51,869 nt of DNA from Octopus bimaculoides (GCF_001194135.2 NC_069003.1:25417190-25469058), one strand, 5' to 3'; positions 35,151 through 48,789 are shown, numbered from the stretch's first letter. Notes: generated by a model not told the origin, from the letters alone. Numbers and translations: made by a program.

Positions 35151-38100
35151 ATGCGAGAGAGTTAGGGGTTGAGTATTCAACCCACTAAGGGATAGTATCT
35201 ATCCAATATACTGCTGGGACGGCACCTTAGCTATGAATTCAATTAATGAATTCAATGGGATACACTGTCTGCAAGTCGTTGGGTTCAGCATATTATCCTT
35301 CATTTTCTAATTGATATATATATATCGTCGTCATCGTCGTTTAACGTCCGCTTTCCATGCTAGCATGGGTTGGACGATTTGACTGAGGACTGGTGAAACC
35401 AGATGGCTACACCAGGCTCCAATCTGATTTGGCAGAGTTTCTACAGCTGGATGCCCTTCCTAACGCCAACCACTCAGAGAGTGTAGTGGGTGCTTTTACG
35501 TGTCACCCGCACGAAGGCCAGTCAGGCGGTACTGGTAACGGCCACGNNNNNNNNNNGGTGCTTTTACGTGTCACCCGCACGAAGGCCAGTCAGGCGGTAC
35601 TGGTAACGGCCACGCTCATCTCGCTTGAGAAACCTCATGTGTCACCCGCACATGAGCCAGTCCAGGGGCACCGGCAACAATCTCGCTCGAAAAACCTCAT
35701 GTGTCACCCGCACAAGAGCCAGCCCAGGGGCACCGGCAACGATCTCACTCGAAACATTTCATGTGTCGCCCGCACATGAGCCAGTCCAGGGGCACCGGCA
35801 TCGATCTCGCTCGAAACATTTCATGTATATATATATTATTTAAAGCAGTTTGATTCAGCTCCATGTGATTTAAATTTTCATGGGCCACTAACAGAAGTCT
35901 GCCTCTTTCAGGCTTTACATTAACTAAATTGGTAATATAAAGCCTGAAATAGATGGGCTTCTGTTAGAGGCCCACAAAACTTTAAGTCATATGGAGCTAA
36001 ATCAATCCATGTAACTCCCACTAAATGTGTTGGGTACTATTTTCTTTCATTTGTACACTCACTCGTATATATATATATATAGATATAGAAACTACAGTAG
36101 GGTGAAACTCCAGTAGCGAGAAACCCCAGAGGTAGGTAGAAACTCCTTAAGATGTACCCGGTGTAAGTTATGGAGACATAAGAGGTGCAGCAATATCAAA
36201 GGAAGGTTAACTGGGAAGATGTTTTTGTGTGTGGCAGATGCACAGGGGCAATAAACACCAAAGATTACAGAAAACAGATTCCATCACATGCCAGAAGGAA
36301 AACTAGAAGTAGTTGATAGCTTCCATTACCGAGATGATCAAGTCAGTAGCAGGGATGGATGCTCATCAGGCAATATGCTGTGCTTGAGAAGACCTGTTGA
36401 GTCAAGTGAAATCATAGTCATGGCCAATGCCAGTGCCGCCTGACTGGCACCCATGCTGCTAGCATGTTAAAAGCACCATTTGAGCATGGTCAATGCCAGT
36501 GCTGCCTGACTGACCACTGTGCCAGTGGCACATAAAAAGTTCAGGGAGCTCCTATCTCTGCTGGTAACAAAGGGTCTCTCACTCAGAGTGAAAGGTAGAC
36601 TGTATGATGCATGTGTGCAAACAGCCATACTACACAGCAGTGAAACATGGGCTGTGACTACTGAAGACATTCATAGGCTTGAAAGAAATGAAGCTAGTAT
36701 GCTTCACTGGATCTGTAATGTCAGTGTGCATACACGACAGAGTGTAAGCACCCTGAGAGAAAAGTTGGACATAAGAAGAGAGACAACTGCACTGGTATGG
36801 TCATGTGTTGTGTATGGATGAGGACAGCTGTGTGAAGAAGTGTCATACCCTAACAGTGGAAGGAACCTGGAAGAGGTAGATCCAGGAAGACATGGGATGA
36901 GGTGGTGAAGCACAACCTTCAGATGTTGGGCCTCACAGAGGCAATGACAAGCGACCGAGACCTTTGGAGATACGTTTTGCTTGAGAAGACCTGATAAGAC
37001 AAGTGAAATTGTAGCCGTGGCTGATGCCAGTATTGCATAATTTGCCTGTTTAAAAGTATCCTTCAATCATCGGGCAACATGCTGTGCTTGAGAAGACCTG
37101 TTGAGTCAAGTGAAATCATAGTTGTGGACAATGCCAGTGCTGCCTGACTGGCCACTGTACCAGTGGCACATAAAAAGCACCCACTTCACTCTTGGTGTGG
37201 TTGGCGTTAGAAAGGGCATCCAGCTGTAGAAATCTTGCCATATCAGATTGAAGCCTGGTGCAGCCTCCTGGCTTGCCAGTCCTCAGTCAAACCATCCAAC
37301 CCATGCCAGCATGGAAAGTGGACATTAAATGATGATGATATTTATATATAATCCAGGGATCCAGGTGTAGGAAGTTTGTAAGTGTCAAGCAATAGGCAGC
37401 TAATATAGAGAACAAAAGTGTACAGTATATGATAAAATAAAATAAAATAATTTATTGGCATCGTAAGTTGCACACTTTCTCCCATATTGAAGTAACAAAG
37501 AATTTCAATAAGCTGATAATTTTAATACAAACTGATAGTTTTAATACAACTTTAGACCTAGGAAAATTATTTGGTTTGCTCCTCCTTTTTCACTTAATGT
37601 ATAAACTAAGATAGGTAAAAGATTCCTGTCTCTCCTAAACAAACATTTTCCAGAAAATTACAAGCACAGGAAAATATTTAACAGGCAATCTGTGAAATAT
37701 AGCTGCTGCCCCAATATGGAGAGTATCATTACACAAGACCAACACCAAAAACCCACTCCCAGTTTTAACTCTCAAGACCCAGGAATTTATCCACTTGCAA
37801 GGATGTATGATTAAAACTGTCATATATGAAGCAGAAGTGACTGAAATGCTAGATAATAACACAACCGATAAGAACTACATTGGACTAAGTGAAGGATAAT
37901 TCAAGAATTGATATGCTAATCATATATCTTCCTTCTGACGCAGGGACAAAAGCAAAGCTACTAAGTTGGCTACCACGTATGGAGTTTGAAATCAAATGCA
38001 ACACCACATAAATAGTAAAAAAAAATCCACACCATCTGTTAACAGATCAAGAAAATGTAAGCTATGTGTAGCTGAAGGAGCTCAGATCTAAGATCTCTAA

Positions 38101-38546
38101 CTCACTGCTGAACTCTAGATTCAAAATTTTCAGCAGTTGTAAGCATATACCTAAGTACTTGTTGAAGAATTGGGAAGTACCATAAACTCTTAGCCACTAT
38201 TTTTCAGCCTTATAATTTACAGTCTAAGGGAAATAACTCTCTATCCCCCTTTTCCTCCTTTCTGATTACTTATTTTGTTTTCTGATATTTCACCCTTCCA
38301 CTTGTTATATATGCTTCCTTCTCACCTTTTCTTGCTTTTTCTCTCATCCCATTTTTAGTTTGTTATGCCATGTGGGCAGTGTCTGATGATTGTGCTGGGA
38401 CCCCAAATGTTTTATAAAACAATGTTTGGCATGTTCTCAGCACATGAAACTAACAGTAGCACATAAAAACACATTCTGTTTATTAAATAATATTTAGCTC
38501 TCACAAGATGGAGTACTCTTTTTTTTGTTGATTTTACCATCATGGA

Positions 38547-38630
<84 letters not shown>

Positions 38631-39726
38631 AAGAATGGAACTGACCCAATAACTGAGGTAAATCTAAATAAATGCTGATTTAATAAACTCAGAAAATACT
38701 ATAATCAGATACAAAACTGTTTAAAAGAGGGACAGAAACAATACCTTGTTGGAAATAATCCAGCGTCATCCAAATCTTGAGCTTGGTATACGTTCCTAGG
38801 AAATCCATGTAATACCCAGCCACATGTCATACAGTCAAGTTGAGTCAAACGTTCTTTGACAATAGTGATTACAATTCCATCTGGCACTGAAGATGAGAAA
38901 CAACAATATTTTATTGACACACATTTGTAAGAAGGGAGTCTAGCTGATGAAGAGACCACAGTAAAATGTTAGCTGCTTATTGAGTTCCAAGGGATATAAA
39001 ATTATGATCTAACCAAAAGAGATTTACAGAGTTAGGTTGTGAGTTCAAATTTTACCTTAGTAGATTTATGACTTTCATTCTTCTGAGGTTGATAAAATAA
39101 GGATGATTGAGAGACTGGGAAAGGTGTCAATGTAAACAATTATATTCTTGACAAAAAATGACCCAGTATGACCAAAATCCAGGGACTGGAACCAATGATA
39201 ATTCTAATTTTGGCACAAAGTAGTTTTGAGGGGAGTGGTCAAGTCAATTATGTTAATCCACAATTTGATTGGTACTTATGATTTTAACAACCGCAAAAGG
39301 ATGAAAGGTAAAGTTGACCTCAGCAGAGCTTAGAAGTGCCTGAAGAAATGCCACTAGACATTTCTAGTGCTGTAACAATTCTGTTGTCTTAATAATAACA
39401 ATAATCCTTTCTACTATAGTCACAAGACCTGAAATTTTGGTGGAGGGGAATATCACCAACGCCAGTTCTCAACATTAACTTATTTCATCAACTCTGAAAG
39501 GATGAAAGCCAAAGTTGCCCTCAGTAGAATTTGAACTCAGAACGGGAAGACAAATGAAATGTTAGTAGGAGTGGCTGTGTGGTAAGTAGCTTGCTTACCA
39601 ACCACATGGTTCTGGGTTCGGTCCCACTGCATGGCACCTTGGGCAAGTGTCTTCTACTATAGCCTCGGGCCGACCAAAGCCTTGTGAGTGGATTTGGTAG
39701 ACGGAAACTGAAAGAAGCCCGTCGTA

Positions 39727-39788
<62 letters not shown>

Positions 39789-41089
39789 TATATATATATA
39801 TATATGTATGTATGTATGTATGTGTGTATGTGTTTGTGTGTCTGTCCCTCCAACATCGCTTGACAACCGATGCTGGTGTGTTTGCGTCCCCGTAACTTAG
39901 CGGTTCGGCAAAAGAGACTGATACAATAAGTACTAGGCTTACAAAGAATAAGTCCTGGGGTCGATTTGCTTGACTAAAGGCAGTGCTCCACCATGGCCAC
40001 AGTCAAATGACTGAAACAAGTAAAAGAGTAAAGCATTTAGCCTAGTGTGCTAATGATTATGTCAGCTCACTACCTTAAGCATCAACATCATCCTCATTTA
40101 ACGTCTGTTGTCCATGCTGGCATGGGTTGGACAGTTTGACCAGGGCTGGTAAGCTGAGGGGCTGCACCAGACTCCAGTCTGATTTGGCGTGGCTTTTATG
40201 GATCAATGCCCTTCCTAATGCCAACCACTCCAAGAGTGAAATGGGTGCTTTTAAGTGCCACCAATATGGGTGCCAGTTACGTGACACCAGCAATAATAAT
40301 AATGATGATGATGATGATGATGATGATCCTTTTGTGGGAAGGAGAACAGTCGATCACATCCACCCCAGTACTTGACTGGTAATTGATTTATCAACCCCGA
40401 AAGGATGAAAGGCACAAGGCCATCAAGTTAGTGGGAAAGGATAAATCGATTACATCAACCCCCAGTGCTCATCTGGTACTTAATTTATCAACCCTGAAAG
40501 GAAGAAAGACAAAGCCAGCTTGGTGGAATTTGAACTCACAATGTGGAGACAGAAGAACTGCTGCTAAGCATTTTGCCCACCATGCTAACAATTTTGCCAG
40601 TTCGCCACCTAATTTCATTAAATATTAATTACTGATGTCAGTTATATGCAAAGTTTTCATATCAAATATGAAGAAATATAGGCTTCTCTGAGGAAGTCTA
40701 ATAAGACCAAAACATGTTCAGATTTATCTCCTTTACTGAAATGGTTAAAATATTAGTTATTACTAGCAGTATAGCCCGGCTTTGCCCAGGATTAAGTTGG
40801 GATTATTAAGCTAATCAAGTTCTTTATTTCAAACCAAACTAAGTAACATTGACGTCAAATTTGGGCAGAATCAGTGTTGTGTTGCAACTGGAGCGCATGG
40901 GTTGGGAGGTTGATTGGCAAAGGTGATCAGGTTACACATGCCAGCCCTTTGAAAACACCACCACCATCATCTAACCCCTCTTTGCCCATGGGTTAGGAAC
41001 CCTTTCAGCAAGGAAAATAGAATGACCAAAAGGGCTCCCGATTCTCTGTGTCAGAAGCGGTTCTGTTCAGATCACAACAAAGTCTTAAG

Positions 41090-41120
<31 letters not shown>

Positions 41121-44100
41121 ACACGGATGTTACGTAAGTAAAACGTTAATGTTCGAAACTGCAGCAGTCCATAGATAATTCTTTATTCTGTATATTTCTC
41201 ATTTTGTCCTGTTCTGGCGTTTTATTAGTTATTATGTTCATGTTGACTTTTCCACAGCATTTCAGTAATTCTAATTAGGAGGTTTTTGATACTTACAAGA
41301 TAAACCCTGGTCCAAATATGATTTGGCAATTTGTCCCGTTGATGTCTCATTGGTTACAGCTTGTTTTATCAGTTGACTACATGAAACTACAAAATAAAAG
41401 GGTTTTATTTTCATTTCTGAAATAGCTCAGAGACAATTACAATTTTGTATGTGTACAGTCAATCTCTCTATCTATCTATCTCTCTCTCGCTCATACATAC
41501 ACACATTCTCTATTTTTGTCTCTATCATTCTCACACTTCTATATGTACAAGGGGGTGCTGAAAAGTTCCTGGCTTTCGGTAAAAGAAAATACAGGAGGAT
41601 CAGTTAATTATAATTCCATTCAACATATTCCCCTCTCAGATTCACACACTTATTGCAGTAGTCCTTTAGTTTTTCTAAACCCTATAAAAGAACTCAGAAG
41701 GTTGAGCCTCCAACCAGGCCTTTCATGATGCCCTCAATAATACAAATGTGAAATTCTTAGTCCAGTTTCAGTATTTCTTACCATTGACCAACTGAAAACG
41801 TTTCGCCAACAAATGTGCCTGGGTTTTCTTACCACTGCCAAAAGCACCGAGAAGGATGACTCGTGGAGTATGTGGTGCCATAGATTGGGGTTTATGACTC
41901 AGGAAACAAAGTACTGAAAAAGAAAATTATTCGAAAAACTGAATAACTATAAAGACAACAACAATTTCTTTCTAATATAGACATGAGACAAATAGAAATA
42001 AGTACCAAGCATAATATAACTAACACCTGTTAAAGGCAATGCTCCAGCATGACCATAACCCAATAATTGAGACTAGTCAAAGATTAAAAGAAACATAGAT
42101 AAATAGGTGTTCAATCAATGTTGTGATTGTTTTCCTGCTATATATATATTTATTTTTATTTATTCGCCCTTTTAAAGCCTAGGCAGGCTCATGGGCCCAG
42201 TTTCCCGGTTTCTATGGCGTATGTGTCCCCCCCCACCAGCTGGACGATTCTGCTAGCTATGAAACATATGTAGCCTGGATTTTACCTGCTCCATTCCCTA
42301 ATTTTGGATTATTATTCACATACACAGCAACACCAGCTGCTAATCGTGAACTATAAAACAATTTTTTTCAGCTTATCGAACTTTGATATGGGAAAAATTT
42401 ACAACCTCCCACATCAATAAACCACTATTGTTCCTCAAAGTTGTTTTTTACACCTATGGACTGCTCAAAGCTCACTAACTTCCCATACCTTGATCCATGG
42501 ATCTTACCTTTACATATTACTATATTTTTATTTTATTTATGCGCCCTTTTTAAAGCCTATCCAGGCTCATGGGCCCGGTTTCCAGGTTTCTATGGCATNN
42601 NNNNNNNNNNNNNNNNNNNNNNNNNNNNNNNNNNNNNNNNNNNNNNNNNNNNNNNNNNNNNNNNNNNNNNNNNNNNNNNNNNNNNNNNNNNNNNNNNNNN
42701 NNNNNNNNNNNNNNNNNNNNNNNNNNNNNNNNNNNNNNNNNNNNNNNNNNNNNNNNNNNNNNNNNNNNNNNNNNNNNNNNNNNNNNNNNNNNNNNNNNNN
42801 NNNNNNNNNNNNNNNNNNNNNNNNNNNNNNNNNNNNNNNNNNNNNNNNNNNNNNNNNNNNNNNNNNNNNNNNNNNNNNNNNNNNNNNNNNNNNNNNNNNN
42901 NNNNNNNNNNNNNNNNNNNNNNNNNNNNNNNNNNNNNNNNNNNNNNNNNNNNNNNNNNNNNNNNNNNNNNNNNNNNNNNNNNNNNNNNNNNNNNNNNNNN
43001 NNNNNNNNNNNNNNNNNNNNNNNNNNNNNNNNNNNNNNNNNNNNNNNNNNNNNNNNNNNNNNNNNNNNNNNNNNNNNNNNNNNGTTGTACTCTTTCGCCC
43101 CCAACTTTCTCTCACTCGTTCTTCCTGTTTCTTGAGTAAAGCTCCGATGGACTGGTGTCCCGTCCAGCTGGGGCAGGGAACACATACGCCATAGAAACCA
43201 GGAAACCGGGCCCATGAGCCTGGATAGGCTTTAAAAAGGGCGCATAAATAAAATAAAAATATAGTAATATGTAAAGGTAAGATCCATGGATCAAGGTATG
43301 GGAAGTTAGTGAGCTTTGAGCAGTCCATAGGTGTAAAAAAACAACTTTGAGGAACAATAGTGGTTTATTGATGTAGAAGGTTGTAAATTCTTCCCATATC
43401 AAAGTTCGATAAGCTGAAAAAAATTATTTTATAGTTCACAATGAGCAGCTGGTGTTGCTGTGTATGTGAATAATAATCTAAAATTAGGGAATGGAGCAGA
43501 TAAAATTCAGGTTACATATGTTTCAGAGGTAGAACCTCAGAAGTAGTAATTATTCAAACGAGAGGTAATCTGCTAACTACTCATTGGGCCAAAGATACTT
43601 CAATCAAGTAAAGGTTATGTTATGTTGGCACTCTGTCACTTACGACGTCGAGGGTTCCAGTTGATCCGATCAACGGAACAGCCTGCTCGTGAAATTAACG
43701 TACAAGTGGCTGAGCACTCCACAGACACGTGTACCCTTAACGTAGTTCTCGGGGATATTCAGCGTGACACAGTGTGACAAGGCTGACCATTTGAATTACA
43801 GACACAACAGAAACAAGAAGAAAGAGTGAAAGAAAGTTTGTGGTGAAAGAGTACAGCAGGGTTCGCCACCATCCCCTGCCAGAGTCTCGTGGAGCTTTAG
43901 GTGTTTCCGCTCAATAAACACTCACAAAGCCCAGTCTGGGAATCGAAACCGCAATCCNNNNNNNNNNNNNNNNNNNNNNNNNNNNNNNNNNNNNNNNNNN
44001 NNNNNNNNNNNNNNNNNNNNNNNNNNNNNNNNNNNNNNNNNNNNNNNNNNNNNNNNNNNNNNNNNNNNNNNNNNNNNNNNNNNNNNNNNNNNNNNNNNNN

Positions 44101-44460
44101 NNNNNNNNNNNNNNNNNNNNNNNNNNNNNNNNNNNNNNNNNNNNNNNNNNNNNNNNNNNNNNNNNNNNNNNNNNNNNNNNNNNNNNNNNNNNNNNNNNNN
44201 NNNNNNNNNNNNNNNNNNNNNNNNNNNNNNNNNNNNNNNNNNNNNNNNNNNNNNNNNNNNNNNNNNNNNNNNNNNNNNNNNNNNNNNNNNNNNNNNNNNN
44301 NNNNNNNNNNNNNNNNNNNNNNNNNNNNNNNNNNNNNNNNNNNNNNNNNNNNNNNNNNNNNNNNNNNNNNNNNNNNNNNNNNNNNNNNNNNNNNNNNNNN
44401 NNNNNNNNNNNNNNNNNNNNNNNNNNNNNNNNNNNNNNNNNNNNNNNNNNNNNNNNNNNN

Positions 44461-44500
<40 letters not shown>

Positions 44501-47500
44501 TGTGTGTGTGTGTGTGTGTGTGTAGTTCAAATTTACAGAAAACAAAAGATGGAAACAGGTGAAGGAACAAGTAGGTGTATTGGTTTAATGCTCGGGAATA
44601 ATGGAAAAGTCTTTGACGTTTCGAGCCTACACTCTTCAACAGAAAAGATTAAGGGATAAAAAAATGGAGAGAGAAAAAAAATGTGTAGGGATTAGTGGTT
44701 CAATGACTAGAAGAAAGAGGCTGAACAAAAGGTATGCAAGTGTGTATGCGTATGTGAGAACAGTGTGTGTAAGTGCGTATGTGTGAATGGGAGTGAGTGC
44801 GTGAATATATGTGTGAGCTAGCTGAAAATTATGTGGGCCTGTGTGTATGTGTCTATGTGTATAAGTAACCTAGTGCATACATTATGTGGAGTGCTGTGCA
44901 TTTCATGTACTGGTGTGTATGTGTGTGTACATATGTGTGGGGTTATCATGTGTGTGCGCAAACGCATAGGCCCGTGTTTGTGTATGTGTACAAGTAACCT
45001 AGTGTATGCATTGTGTGGAGTGATGTACATATTGTGTGTGTGTGCATATGGAAATGTATATATATGTGAGTTTGTGTGTGTGTCGACGTTTGTATATGTG
45101 TGAGGCTGATGTGTGTGTGTGTATGTGCACATGTATACATGTGCAAACACTTGTGTTTAGCAGCTGACGTGTGCTTTTTCAGGTGGTATGTGCACGTGTG
45201 TATGTGTATGTGTGTGTGTCTATGACCCTATGGCATGCATGTGTACAGTGTACGTTTGTGTGCGAGAGTTGTCTGAGTTTATGTGTGTTGTATGTGTATA
45301 TTAAAAGATTGACCGAACATTCACCTTTTGACAGAATATCTCCTTTAGGTTGGTCAGCATTTATAGTTTTGTAATTCTTTTTGAAGCGTTGGATAAGTCC
45401 TGGCAAGGCATATTCATATGCTAGGTATTTCTGGATTATTTCACTTTCAGTACATCCTGGAGCTTCCACCAAGTTGGCCTTAACATCAGCACTCAATGGC
45501 CAGTCAAATGTCATATGGTAAATATCTGAAATATTGAAAACACCAGTTTATAATCTCTGATGTAGGGAAAGCTGCCAAATCTTCCTCAAATCTTGTTGAA
45601 CAATCTAGTTATTACTAGGATACAATAACAGTGACAGGATGGCCATGAATGGAATAACTTTGAGCCTAGGACTGACTTGGAGGGCTAAAAACAACAACCA
45701 CATGTCACTGAAAGGCAACAAAGGCAACTTCAACCAGCTAAAAACTGCAACCAATTTTCCCTCAAATCACACCTACAGAGTTAACTAGAACAACAGTAGC
45801 AACATGTCTACATATTTCATTATCTCTTCCATCAATATATACTATTGATATATAATATTGGTTTCAAATTTTGGCACACTGCCAGCAACTTCAGAGGAGG
45901 GTGTTAGTCAATTACATTTACCCCAGTACTCAACAGGTACTTATTTTATCAACAGCAAAAGGATGAAAGGCAAAGTCAATCTCAGCAGAATTTGAACTCG
46001 GAACATAAAGACAGACAAAATACTGCTAAGCATTTTGCCTGGCATGCTAATGATTCTGTCAGTTCACCACCTTATATTGATATACAGGGATGCAGATAAA
46101 TTGAGACCAATTTTAAGCAGTTCACTTAGTGGGTTTAACATTTCATTTTTTGACAAAACCGTGCTTCTTGAAAATCTAATCCTCCTCTTTATTTTTCAGG
46201 TAAATAGCGAACTGATTTGACAACAGAAAGTCATGGAACAACAGAATTGTTCCACTATTATTGTTTTGGTGTGCCAGACACACTGCTAATAAAATTGCTA
46301 AGTTGACAAAACTTCCAAAAGCAACAGTTCGTCGTGCATATAAATAATTTTAAAAAGTGGGAAAGACTGATAGAAAAGAACACAAGACTCGAAGTGATTC
46401 CAAGCGCAATCCAAAGTTACTCGCTGGCCTCAAATACTTGATTGAAGCCAACCCATCCACATCCATGACAACTCTTGCAAAGAAACGCAATGTGTCCCTT
46501 TCCACAGTGCTCAGAGCTTTGAACAGGAACCTTGACATGACTAGCTATGTTTGACAACGCCGTCACCTCCTAACAGCCAAAGCCAAAGCAATCAGAGCCA
46601 AGTGATGCTCAAAGCTTCTGTCATTCATCAAGCATCAAGGTGCAGAAAAAACTCACACGTTTGTGGACAAGAAGTTCACTGTGGATGCTGAGGTGAATCG
46701 CAGATATTCTCAAGTGACTGCATACAACCCCTCTGTGTTTGAGACTAAGAATCCTGCCTCTGTGGTGGTATTTGGAGCCATGGCAAGTGATGGAAGTGTC
46801 ATGGAACCACACTTCATTGAGTCTGGCTTGAAGATCGGCACAAAGGAGTATCTGGACATCCTGAAGAACTCTCTGTTACCTTGGATGGAGCAGAAGTTTG
46901 TGCTTGGCAATGTGGTACTTATCCAGGATTCTGCATAATGCCATGGGTCAAAAGCAACACAGGCCTTCCTTGGTGAGAAGGTGCCATTTTCCATGAGGGC
47001 CAACATCTGGCCCAGTAATAGCCCAGATCTCAACCTTCTCGATTGCTTTTTATGGGGTGTACTTCAAGCAAGGACCAATGCTTCACCACACTAGAGTGTC
47101 GACAATATAAAGACCTGCATCATACATGTGACACACAAATCAAAAAGGTGGAGGTTGCAACAGCTGCAAAAAAAATTTCATTCTCGAATGGAGGCAATAA
47201 TCGCCCATATTGAGTGATAAATGTTTTTGTTGTAATAAATGTTATATTAAAATTACATCTTTCTACTGCCATTATTTTAGCATTTATGACCAGTTTAATG
47301 CATCGTAGAAATTGTCTCAATCTATCTGCAAGATAATATTGATTAAATTTAAATCTTACCTCCATTCCTTCGATCAATCCTTTTACCAACAGCTCTCTCC
47401 ACAAGAATACTCTCCAGAGCCACCAAGAAAACTGAAGAACACAGAAATATTCAGAAACTTATTGAATCTAATAGCAATAAGTAAATAGTAATTCTCTTGT

Positions 47501-48789
47501 TATAGAAGATATAATTACTAGAGTTATTAATTTTATTTCATTAACACTCACCAATAATGTCAAACCAAAGGAATATTGACAAAATATTAATAACAATCTT
47601 TCAAATTTTGGCACAATTTTAGGGTCAGAGGACAAGTTGGTTATATCAACCCCAGTACTTGATTGATCCTTTATTTTACCAACCCAGAGAGGATGAGGGG
47701 CCAAGTTGACCTCAGCAGTATTTGAAATCAATATTTGCTGTGTGTATGTATCTATGTATGAACTTTTCTTTGGATTTATGTATCTACTGTCTCTCTCTCT
47801 CACTTTCTCTCTTTCACTTCGTTTGTGTCCCTCTTCTCTCCTGCTTTTGATTTAACAATGTGTATACGTATCTATATATCTATATATCTACTTCTCTTGC
47901 AATGTGATAAACATTTAAAAACACAAAACGAATGCCGTCAGCATTCACTGTCTCTTTCACTCTCTCTCTCTCTCTCTCTCTCTCTTACATCCTCTCTGAA
48001 ACATTTAAAAACACAAAACGAACACTGTCACCACTCACCGTCTCTTTCACTCTCTCACTTTCACTCTCTCTTACTTCCTCTCTGTCCTCCTCTCTCTCAC
48101 TTTGCCACTTCTTTGAAGTAAGTGTGATGCACACAACAGGTACATACAAAAATAAAAAGTTAGCGTATTAATATTATTGATAATAATAATAATAATAAAG
48201 ATCAAGAAACTTACTACAGTGAGTTGGATGAACGCCTTGTTGCTGCATTTTGGCAATAGCTTCTCGGGTGGAAAATACTCCCTCAAAGACCCAGCCATTT
48301 GCTTTACACTTGCCTCTTTCTGTTTCTTCCCACAACATACGCAGCCATAAATCTGCAGGAATAGGCTGGAAACATAAGAATAAAGAAAAAATAAAACATT
48401 TTTCTATTTCTGTTGAACTTACATAAAACTTGGTAGAACCAAATTGGCTGGGTTGATACAGCAACACCACATCATCCCCACCCAGGTACAGCAGTGATGG
48501 TTTGCCCCTGTAACATCTTCTGGCTATTTTCCAACAATCCCTACTGGTTATTGGGTAGCCTTTAGCTACTGCCACACAATTATAAGCATGTGTGTGTGTG
48601 TGTGTGAGTGTGTGTGTTTGTGTATGTGTGTGTGTGTGCGTGTATGCATTGTATGTGTATGTGTGTGTATTGTCTGCTGTTCAGTCCCAAATCTATGTGG
48701 CACCTTGAGCAAGTGCTTCTACTATAGCCCTGGGCTGACCAAAACCTTATCAGTGGATTTGGTAGACAGAAACTGAAACAAATCCAGCA

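Noticed and set aside
35557-35820. Regularly spaced ~60-bp units as a CRISPR-like array
   Set aside because: Whole units are repeated with no unique spacers, the context is eukaryotic, and they lie inside a family C repeat.
38944-38975. CTGATGAAGAGACCACAGTAAAATGTT as another hammerhead
   Set aside because: Lacks GAAA and a pairing stem I; at best a decayed Penelope end.
44601-45170. ORFs rich in HT/CV/YI repeats here and at 13495, 38412, 39521 and 48580
   Set aside because: Translations of (CA)n, (TG)n and (TA)n microsatellites and degenerate TG-rich sequence.
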